A stretch of DNA of 12,837 bases from contig JBDRNY010000008.1 in assembly GCA_043810635.1 (NCBI GenBank), positions 1 through 12,837 on the forward strand, written 5' to 3'. Source of the DNA: Candidatus Micrarchaeota archaeon (lineage in GTDB: Archaea > Micrarchaeota > Micrarchaeia > Anstonellales > Anstonellaceae). The notes beneath the pieces are model-generated. The model had not been told where the DNA came from, did not search any database, and worked only from the letters and a program-made list of their open reading frames with translations. Every line of letters starts with the position of its first letter. Position 1 is the stretch's first letter. A program made the position numbers and the translations under genes. Of the stretch, positions 1 to 6,966 are shown piece after piece.

Positions 1-1
1 T

Positions 2-1027
2 GCCCCCACCCCGCCTGAAGATATTGATGAATTATGCTTTGAATTAACAATAGAGTCTGCAGTTGAATTTTGCGACGGTGAAATATGCTCCAGCGAATTA
101 GAATTATGCCTTATAGTTGACCCAAAATTTTATTGTGAAATGGCAACAACTCCAGCTCCTCCCACTCTAAAGCCCGGAGACAATGTAATAATTAAAACAA
201 ATTGTTATTCTGACGGTACTGAAGTCGAATGCCCAATACTTACCTGGAAAGTAGATGGATTCCAAGATGCAAATGGGCAGCAAAATGTAAGCTTGGCACC
301 ATTGGGAAGAGATGCACGAGCTATTCTACCCAATCTCGCATCTGCATATGTTCTAACAACTCTACCCCCAAACAATTATCCAAAACCAAACCCCTACTAT
401 TCTTCCGACCCTTACCGCAAAGTTTTAACTATGGAGGTGCCCCCTCCTCCAAACAACCTGCCCCCCCACGTTCTTTTGGTAACTTATGGTGATTTTCTTG
501 ATAAGCTTACTCCCCCCACAGTTGTCGGAAATGTAATTGCAAACGGAACAAGCCCGGAGCTCGAAAGACCTTTTGAATGCTCTGTTTATGGAAGCACGGA
601 AGAGCATGTTGTAGTGAAAGATATTAGATTGCCGGATTTAGAAGCAACATTTTCAGTAAAATGCATACAAGGGTGCGACCCTGATGATGAGGATGATGAA
701 ATACAGGTAATCACTTATGGCGTGAAAAATGTTGGGGATGGCGAAACACAAAAATTCTTTATAACCCGTCTTGATTTGGAAATGGCCCCCCCGCAATTTT
801 CCATACTCCTTACTCCTAGTAAATTTGGGCCAGATGAGGAAAAAACAAGAGATTATGAATTTACCTGCCCCCACCCAGGAATATTTCCATTTAATGTTAC
901 AGCAGACCCAATGCCCCCCTACCCTGACGGAAGGATTGAGGAAGGCCTTCCCGGCTTTGAAACAAACAACAAAAAGAAAGCATATGTTAATTGCGGGGGA
1001 GTGCTTGCCTGCCCTGATTTAGTTTAA
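2..1027 (+). CDS. 5'-truncated Cys/Pro-rich cell-surface protein with C-terminal CARDB (Ig-like) domain
   Basis: The frame of ORF 140..1027 is open back to position 2 (APTPPEDIDELCFELTIESAVEFCDGEICSSELELCLIVDPKFYCE-MATT...), so the gene starts outside the window. From ~632 it shows a CARDB pattern: LPDL...ITYGVKNVG...FTCPHPG.FPFNVTADP...IEE...ETNN. Ends CGGVLACPDLV. Confidence 0.7.
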   Translation, partial: APTPPEDIDELCFELTIESAVEFCDGEICSSELELCLIVDPKFYCEMATTPAPPTLKPGDNVIIKTNCYSDGTEVECPILTWKVDGFQDANGQQNVSLAPLGRDARAILPNLASAYVLTTLPPNNYPKPNPYYSSDPYRKVLTMEVPPPPNNLPPHVLLVTYGDFLDKLTPPTVVGNVIANGTSPELERPFECSVYGSTEEHVVVKDIRLPDLEATFSVKCIQGCDPDDEDDEIQVITYGVKNVGDGETQKFFITRLDLEMAPPQFSILLTPSKFGPDEEKTRDYEFTCPHPGIFPFNVTADPMPPYPDGRIEEGLPGFETNNKKKAYVNCGGVLACPDLV

Positions 1028-1044
1028 TTTTTCTTTTTATTTTC
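1028..1044 (+). terminator. Oligo-T tract, probable archaeal intrinsic terminator
   Basis: tttttctttttatttt immediately after the TAA at 1025-1027. Confidence 0.45.
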
Positions 1045-1176
1045 AATATATTCCCCGCTTCTTTTCTATTTCTTTTATTATTTTTCCGCTTGAATTTTGC
1101 GGAATTTTGGGCGCAATATTCCGGCCGGAAGCGTGTTTTGCATAAAACAGGGCATGGGAATTCTGAAGTGATTAAG

Positions 1177-1183
1177 TTTATAT
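1177..1183 (+). promoter_or_regulatory. Putative TATA box for the gene starting at 1207
   Basis: TTTATAT begins 30 nt upstream of ATG 1207, consistent with a leaderless or short-leader archaeal transcript. Confidence 0.5.
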
Positions 1184-1206
1184 TATGCCAACCTCTCATT
1201 TGCCTT

Positions 1207-1857
1207 ATGGCAAAACTGGATTTGTCAATACTTAAAAAAGTGTCTGGCGGCAAAAAAGAGCCCCCTCCTCCCCTCAAGCCCAGCGAAACAGATGAATTAA
1301 AAAAGAGAATTTCAATTTTGAGAATGCAATTAGAGCTTTGCAATATTGTTATTGAAAGGTACAAAAAATTCATAGAAGACGGGGAAACCAAATCCATATC
1401 AGATTTGCGCTCTTTGGTGCGCCCCATGGATTCCACAATAACCGAAATAAAGATAGGCATAGAAGACCAGTTTCACCCTTATGTATTTGACAGCAATTTT
1501 CTTCTTGCCACCCAGAAGGCAATGGATATTTCGTTTGCATGGAAAAAAGTAAAACTGCCAGTGTCTTTCTGGCTTTCATTTCAGGATATGGTTAGGTTGA
1601 AAGCTGCAGATGATATGGACCGGGCAATCCTTCTCTGCTCATTATTCCGGGCTTTAGGTTCTGACTCTTCAAGGGTGCTTATAGGCAAAGACAAATCAGC
1701 ATGGGTGTCATTTACATTTTCAGAAAAGCAATATATTGTAAATATAACAAGCCGTACCATGAGCGCCTACCCTCTGGGGGATGAAGGGTTGAAGCAGTTT
1801 ATGTACGGAATACAATATGCGTTTAATGACAAGGATTATCAGGATTTGAGCGAGTGA
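1207..1857 (+). CDS. Transglutaminase-like (papain-fold) protein, predicted catalytically inactive, with N-terminal coiled coil
   Basis: FWLSFQDMVRLKAADDMDRAILLCSLFRALG matches the (Y/F)W..P.ET...GDCxDxAILLxSLLRAxG pattern; KSAWV corresponds to HAWV and IVNIT to xxDxT. ATG 1207 is preferred over TTG 1090 because of the TATA position. 216 aa. Confidence 0.65.
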   Translation: MAKLDLSILKKVSGGKKEPPPPLKPSETDELKKRISILRMQLELCNIVIERYKKFIEDGETKSISDLRSLVRPMDSTITEIKIGIEDQFHPYVFDSNFLLATQKAMDISFAWKKVKLPVSFWLSFQDMVRLKAADDMDRAILLCSLFRALGSDSSRVLIGKDKSAWVSFTFSEKQYIVNITSRTMSAYPLGDEGLKQFMYGIQYAFNDKDYQDLSE

Positions 1858-1961
1858 ATTCTGAGTTATTTTTATTTTTTATACATTTTCTTCAAATTTT
1901 TCATTTGTTTATAGTGCATATTGTTTAAATTTGTGGCATTACATATAATAATGGTAATAAT

Positions 1962-2600
1962 ATGCCCCCCCGCTACCTAGACCCCAAGGTGAAATGGGTA
2001 TGGCTAATACCGCCCTACACCGCCCTCTTCATCATCTGGCTTGTTGTATCTATTGCAGTATTTCTTATGGTTGCAGATAATTTTGTTTTTGGAATGGAAA
2101 AGCCGGCATTTTCCATCTCCTTATTCCTTGTTTTGCTGTTTTTTATCGGCGGCCCTGTCTATATCTACATCCATATAGACTATATGTCATTTACCTACGA
2201 GCTTGCAGAGCATGAATTTGTTATCAGGCAGGGGCTGCTTACAAGGCACACCACAGTAATCCCTTACAATAGAATCCAGAATGTTAACACAAAACGCACT
2301 TTGCTTGAAAGAATTTTGGGGCTTGCCTCCCTCCAGATAGAAACAGCAGGCACAAACCCCTCTGAATCCGAGGGCCTTTTGCCGGGCGTTTCAAGAAAAG
2401 ACGCGCTTGTTGCAGAAATATTGCAAAGGGTGGAAAGAGTGAAAAAATCCATGCTTGCAACAGGGGCAAAGGAGAAAACCGAGCGCCAGCTGCTTTCCGA
2501 AATCCTTAAAGAACTTAGCCAACTAAACCATAATCTACAGCATTCTTACAGAGTTATGGGCAAAACTGTTGCCCCCCCAAAAATTCCAAAAGGTGAGTAA
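1962..2600 (+). CDS. Membrane protein with bacterial PH domain (bPH_2, YdbS-like)
   Basis: Two N-terminal hydrophobic helices followed by YELAEHEFVIRQGLLTRHTTVIPYNRIQNVNTKRTLLERILGLASLQIETAG, typical of bPH_2. Confidence 0.85.
   Translation: MPPRYLDPKVKWVWLIPPYTALFIIWLVVSIAVFLMVADNFVFGMEKPAFSISLFLVLLFFIGGPVYIYIHIDYMSFTYELAEHEFVIRQGLLTRHTTVIPYNRIQNVNTKRTLLERILGLASLQIETAGTNPSESEGLLPGVSRKDALVAEILQRVERVKKSMLATGAKEKTERQLLSEILKELSQLNHNLQHSYRVMGKTVAPPKIPKGE
2591..2596 (+). promoter_or_regulatory. Shine-Dalgarno-like AGGTGA for rpoK, embedded in the last codons of the upstream gene
   Basis: aggtgagtaaATG: archaeal GGTGA motif ending 4 nt before ATG 2601; stop and start codons abut. Confidence 0.6.
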
Positions 2601-2774
2601 ATGTCATCTGTTGAATTAACAAAATATGAAAAAGCAAGAGTGATAGGGGCGCGCGCATTGCAGCTTTCTTCAGGAGCACCCCCTCTTTTAGAAGTTGAAG
2701 AATTTGAAACTCCTATGCATATTGCAAAAAGAGAGCTTGAAAAAGCAGTAATTCCTCTTGTAGTGCTAAGATAG
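2601..2774 (+). CDS. rpoK: DNA-directed RNA polymerase subunit K (Rpo6/RPB6 homolog), 57 aa; absent from the ORF track
   Basis: Manual translation MSSVELTKYEKARVIGARALQLSSGAPPLLEVEEFETPMHIAKRELEKAVIPLVVLR* has the signatures LTKYExARxIGARALQ..GAP and IA..EL....IP. Confidence 0.95.
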   Translation: MSSVELTKYEKARVIGARALQLSSGAPPLLEVEEFETPMHIAKRELEKAVIPLVVLR

Positions 2775-3791
2775 GCAATTTGCCCCTTTTTCTGCCAATT
2801 TAAATTTATATGCAGAAAATCCAGCATCTTCAAATTTTCTTTTTATTTCATTTATTCTATTATTTTCAACAAGCGCAACAACAACTCCTCCTTCCCCTCC
2901 GGCGCCGGATAATTTTGCGCCCAAACACCCTGCATTTAATGCAATTTCAACTACCTTTTCAATATCTTTAGAAGAAACCCCTCCTTTCACAAGCAGTTTA
3001 TGGTTATTATTCATGCATTTCCCCAATTTCTCCATATCTCCGCTTTCAAATGCCTTCCTCGCGTTTTCCAATATTTTCTCATACTCCCCGCAAATTTCTT
3101 TTCTTTCCCCTTCGTTCATTTCTTCCGGCTTTTTTTTAATATTATAATTTTTTGCAAACTTTTCAATTTGCATTACAGTATTTGCCCTTTCCCTTCCTTT
3201 TTTTAGAGTATTTACAAGAAGAAATGAATGCCCTCCCCCTAATTTTATATCTAATTTTTTTATTTCAGGCTTGCTTCCATCAAATTTTTTCTTAAATTCA
3301 AGCATCCCCCCCCTGCTTACAGCAGTTGCATCAATTCCAGACGGCTTTCCATGCGCAGCCTCATCTCCAGCCATGCAATATTCAAATATTATATTTTCAC
3401 TCATTTCCTTCCCCAGTTCTTTCCTTACTCCGCATGCAAACGCTCCTGAAAGAGAGGCAGAATTCCCCACCCCTTTCATCGGCCAGCATTTTTTTGCATC
3501 AGCATTTATTTCATACTTTTCCAGTCCATCAATTTCCATTAGTAATTTGCAATAAACCGCTTCTATGGGATGCTTAATATTCTCTTTTTCCATGCACTCT
3601 TTTGCAGAAATTTTAAGCGAGCATTCTTTTATTGTAGAATTATACTCCAACCCTCCCTCTCCCCTCTCTTCCATGTTAATTTCAATTTCATTAGATGGCT
3701 CAACAGCTCCCACTACTCCCTCTGCCCCATATACAACAAAATGCTCTCCAAACAAAATTATTTTTCCCGGAGCAAATGCCTTTATTTTCAT
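2766..3791 (-). CDS. mvk: Mevalonate kinase (GHMP kinase family)
   Basis: APGKIILFGEHFVVYG, variant ATP loop PMKGVGNSAS, HGKPSGID with catalytic Asp, MNNNHKLL..GGVSS, GAKLSGAGGEGG. Confidence 0.88.
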   Translation of the reverse strand: MKIKAFAPGKIILFGEHFVVYGAEGVVGAVEPSNEIEINMEERGEGGLEYNSTIKECSLKISAKECMEKENIKHPIEAVYCKLLMEIDGLEKYEINADAKKCWPMKGVGNSASLSGAFACGVRKELGKEMSENIIFEYCMAGDEAAHGKPSGIDATAVSRGGMLEFKKKFDGSKPEIKKLDIKLGGGHSFLLVNTLKKGRERANTVMQIEKFAKNYNIKKKPEEMNEGERKEICGEYEKILENARKAFESGDMEKLGKCMNNNHKLLVKGGVSSKDIEKVVEIALNAGCLGAKLSGAGGEGGVVVALVENNRINEIKRKFEDAGFSAYKFKLAEKGANCLS

Positions 3792-3843
3792 ACTTCTCTT
3801 TTTAGGCGCTTGTTTTTTTAATTACTTGCCAATAGATTATTCT
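3792..3843. promoter_or_regulatory. 52-bp divergent promoter region with central AT-rich/TATA-like core
   Basis: TTTTTTTAATTA (3813-3824) lies roughly midway between ATG 3791(-) and ATG 3844(+). Confidence 0.5.
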
Positions 3844-3999
3844 ATGGCAATTGACGCAAACTTCCTTCTCATCCTCTCAGCATCCATCCTCCTCCTGGCA
3901 TTCCTCACATGGCTGATGTATAAGGAGGGAAGCAAGCATTCATGGAAAGAAATAAGCAAAAACACAAAAGAGGAAAGAAATAGAATGGAGAAAAACTGA
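3844..3999 (+). CDS. Small single-pass membrane protein, 51 aa
   Basis: MAIDANFLLILSASILLLAFLTWLMYKEGSKHSWKEISKNTKEERNRMEKN: one TM helix plus a charged tail. It is the 3' part of ORF 3565..3999 that does not overlap mvk, and has a TATA-like element ~25 nt upstream. Confidence 0.55.
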   Translation: MAIDANFLLILSASILLLAFLTWLMYKEGSKHSWKEISKNTKEERNRMEKN

Positions 4000-4114
4000 A
4001 TTCAAAAAATAAAAACCACAAACCAGCCCCGGGCAAAAATGGAAAAATTAGGCGGAAAGACGGTTTGTGATGCTTAGCCATAGTGCGGGGAAAGAGGGGG
4101 GACGGGGTAAAATA

Positions 4115-4909
4115 ATGGAAAAAAAGAATTTGCATTCTTTGGATGAGCAATTTTCCAGCTTTTTCCGCTCATTTGCAATTTATGCAATTGCCATAATTTT
4201 TCTTGCAATAATTTCAATCTTTATATTAAATTCCTACCTGCCTTCTCCTTCATGGGAATGGGGAATAGAATCTTCCCCGCTTCAGCATAATGCAAAGCAT
4301 TCCATACGCGCAGACCAGGAATGGATATATGAAATAAATTCCACCCATTCCCCCTCTCAAAAAATCCAGCTAAATGCGTTTTTCCACCCCTCCTGCCCCG
4401 GAGTGGTATTTGCAGATATTACCAATGCGCAAAGATTCCACTCTTCTTTGGAAAACGCCATGCTCCAAAACCCGGGTGTGTATGCAATATGCATTGGAAT
4501 GGAAGGATATGAATCAAATTCCCATGGCAACAAAATTGGAAATGAATTAGGATTTGAAAATTCCTCTTTTCCCTATTATGCCCCATGGATGCTCTCATTA
4601 AATGAAAATTTTTCATGGAAAGCAAACCGCACCCTCACCATTCACCCCACCAACCATACTGAAAAAACATCTATTTCCCTAAAAACAATCAATACAACAA
4701 AATTTATGGGAAGGGATGCATTTTATGTCATAATAAAGCAGGAAGGCGGCACAGGAATGCTCGGCCAAGCCCTTGGAAAAACCAATTCAAATTTTTCCAT
4801 GCTAATAGACAAAGAATTTAGAATCCTCCTTTTTGCACAGCACCAAAATTCATCTATAACCCTTATTTCCGCCCCTTTTAAATTAGGGGAAAAGCTTAAC
4901 AACTCCTAA
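4115..4909 (+). CDS. Hypothetical membrane-anchored protein with probable extracellular domain
   Basis: ATG 4115 follows a G-rich SD-like stretch (ggggtaaaata). N-terminal TM segment (FAIYAIAIIFLAIISIFIL) and several N-x-S/T sequons. No family recognised. Confidence 0.6.
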   Translation: MEKKNLHSLDEQFSSFFRSFAIYAIAIIFLAIISIFILNSYLPSPSWEWGIESSPLQHNAKHSIRADQEWIYEINSTHSPSQKIQLNAFFHPSCPGVVFADITNAQRFHSSLENAMLQNPGVYAICIGMEGYESNSHGNKIGNELGFENSSFPYYAPWMLSLNENFSWKANRTLTIHPTNHTEKTSISLKTINTTKFMGRDAFYVIIKQEGGTGMLGQALGKTNSNFSMLIDKEFRILLFAQHQNSSITLISAPFKLGEKLNNS

Positions 4910-4921
4910 TCTACCCATAGC

Positions 4922-4929
4922 TATAAATA
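4922..4929 (+). promoter_or_regulatory. Putative TATA box of the HD-protein gene
   Basis: TATAAATA begins 32 nt upstream of ATG 4954. Confidence 0.5.
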
Positions 4930-4953
4930 CCAAAAAATGTAAAGGTATGGATT

Positions 4954-6966
4954 ATGGGTGCTCAATTTTTTAGTGGCTCAGCTGAGGGCATGCGCTCATC
5001 AAATACTCTATTTTCAACACTAAGCTCAAGGCGCCAGCTGGATGCAAAATATATTAAAAAAATGAGGAAGGGCGGACTTAACGCTCTTTTTTCAAAAGAC
5101 CCTGCAGAATTTGAAAAACCGGAAATACTTGAAGAAGTACGTTTGTTTTTGTCTTCCTCTAAAGACGAGCTTGAAAAAGAAACTGCTCTTGCAATGCTCA
5201 ATGTTTTTAAGGCGCTATACCCTACCGATTCAAAAAATCTGCGTGATGACGGCACATATGCCCGTTATCATCTTTTGTATGTTGCCTATTTAGCAATGAA
5301 CCTAGGCGCAGATGTTGACGGGGTGTTGCAAGCACTGTTTCATGATGCAAAAGAAGACGGCAAAGTCAAAAACAAGGAAGAATTTGTAAAATTGATAAAA
5401 GCAACCGGGCCTGAGCAAGACGGCAAAGTCAAAAACAAGGAAGAATTTGTAAAATTGATAAAAACAACCGGGCTTGAGCATTATCATGAAAATTTAGTGG
5501 ATATTGTATGGGAAGAAGTTGAAATATCAACACAGGAAGTTCCTAAGGATTCAAAGCTTTATGCTTTCAAAGCACAGCTAAAAAAAGAGCTACGGCCCCC
5601 AGTAGAGCTTGTAAGAAAAGAAGTAGGAATGATGCTTGAGCATATATCCAGGCAGCTAAATAGCAGGCAGGAATTCCCTTCTGCTGACATGGCTGAAGTA
5701 TTTGATGCATTTTTGCATGATGCAAAGAAATGTAGGGACGATGAGAGAAGAAAAAGAGCAGTGGGGAGGATAAGTGCCCTTAAGGGACTGTTTGCCATTG
5801 GGAAAAGAACTCATTCTGATGTAATTGGTGAGCTTTCATCAATAATGAAAGACGATATCAGCACCGAAGTGCGACTTTACATTTTCCGTAAAAGCCTGAT
5901 AAGTCAGTTTAAGATTCCTGTAGATTTAGCAAAGAATGTACGGGCCGAGATGATGAACTCTATTTTGAAAAAGCTTGAAGATCCGTTGGTAAAGGAGATG
6001 GCTGCATATGTTATACGAAAATATGAAGAAGCATATGTAAAGAAGCTTTATCGGTCAAAATCTTTTGTTGCTATCCAAAACAAGGAATTTGATACTTTTC
6101 ATAATGGCCGCACTCTTCTGCGCCTTGACCCTGTCTATGATTTTGCAAAAATTTATTCTCATCTTCAGAAAGTGCTTACACACATAGACTATGCAAAAAA
6201 AGTTTCAAATCTTCTTTCAAAAAACCCTCTTTCCGCACTATCTGAATTGTGGAACATGCTGGAGGATTTCCTAAAAAATAACAGTATCAACATGACCTAC
6301 GCTCTCAAAGATTTGAGGAGTAGAATAAATAGGCATCTCTCTGAAGATTCAAGGTACCAAAAAAGGCTTGAAATGGTGGGCGTTGCAGAAGGCCCGCCAA
6401 GGAGCCAGTATGTTCCTGAAGGTTCATATTCCTATGACCAGAGGCCTGTCATCACAATATATCTTGCAGATTCTGAAGATTGGATGAAAACAGTCGCGGT
6501 TAATGGAAACGAGCCCGAACTAGTGCAAGAGGTGGAAATCCCGATAACTGTTAATATGAGACATATGGGCATACTCATGCCAAAAAAGATTAACGCAGGG
6601 AAAACCATGCGTCTTATTGAGGAGCTTTATTCAGCGAAAGGCATAAGCTACACCATACGCGAGAGTTATCTTTATCCTCTGATTGGAGACGAAATATCTA
6701 TTATTTTAGGCCTCAACTCCCCCGCAGAACTTGTAGAAAAGGCAGAATTTCTTTACAAACACAACCCATGGGATGAATGGTATAATGAAACTGAAGCTGT
6801 GGGGCGGGAAATTCAAAACGAATTTGCAGAAACGTTAGTTCGCCTAAATAGAACTCTAAGTGCTGAATTATATAACCTATTTTCAATCCTTTCCAAGGAA
6901 CCGAATTACCTTAAAGAACAGCTGAACAAAATATTGGCGAAACTAAGCCTTAGAAAAAAGGATTAG
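4954..6966 (+). CDS. Large RelA/SpoT-type HD-domain (HD_4/Mesh1-like) phosphohydrolase with internal duplications and unknown C-terminal region
   Basis: LRDDGTYARYHLLYVAYLAMNLGADVDGVLQALFHDAKED resembles R.sG.pY..H...Va......g.d......AllHD..ED; IQNKEFDTFHNGRTL resembles liKlaDRlHNmRTL. No synthetase motifs recognised. Confidence 0.7.
   Translation: MGAQFFSGSAEGMRSSNTLFSTLSSRRQLDAKYIKKMRKGGLNALFSKDPAEFEKPEILEEVRLFLSSSKDELEKETALAMLNVFKALYPTDSKNLRDDGTYARYHLLYVAYLAMNLGADVDGVLQALFHDAKEDGKVKNKEEFVKLIKATGPEQDGKVKNKEEFVKLIKTTGLEHYHENLVDIVWEEVEISTQEVPKDSKLYAFKAQLKKELRPPVELVRKEVGMMLEHISRQLNSRQEFPSADMAEVFDAFLHDAKKCRDDERRKRAVGRISALKGLFAIGKRTHSDVIGELSSIMKDDISTEVRLYIFRKSLISQFKIPVDLAKNVRAEMMNSILKKLEDPLVKEMAAYVIRKYEEAYVKKLYRSKSFVAIQNKEFDTFHNGRTLLRLDPVYDFAKIYSHLQKVLTHIDYAKKVSNLLSKNPLSALSELWNMLEDFLKNNSINMTYALKDLRSRINRHLSEDSRYQKRLEMVGVAEGPPRSQYVPEGSYSYDQRPVITIYLADSEDWMKTVAVNGNEPELVQEVEIPITVNMRHMGILMPKKINAGKTMRLIEELYSAKGISYTIRESYLYPLIGDEISIILGLNSPAELVEKAEFLYKHNPWDEWYNETEAVGREIQNEFAETLVRLNRTLSAELYNLFSILSKEPNYLKEQLNKILAKLSLRKKD
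5354..5479 (+). repeat. In-frame tandem duplication, 2 x 63 bp (21 aa)
   Basis: Copies 5354-5416 and 5417-5479 differ at 2 positions (5401 g/5464 a; 5411 c/5474 t): DGKVKNKEEFVKLIKATGPEQ vs DGKVKNKEEFVKLIKTTGLEH. Confidence 0.97.

Noticed and set aside
1090..1206. N-terminal extension from TTG 1090
   Set aside because: It spans palindromic, intergenic-looking sequence and the TATA-like box; ATG 1207 fits the promoter geometry.
2546..2833. 95-aa minus-strand ORF
   Set aside because: Antisense shadow of rpoK, which has clear family motifs on the plus strand.
4067..4114. N-terminal extension from GTG 4067
   Set aside because: It reads through a G-rich SD-like stretch; ATG 4115 is more plausible.
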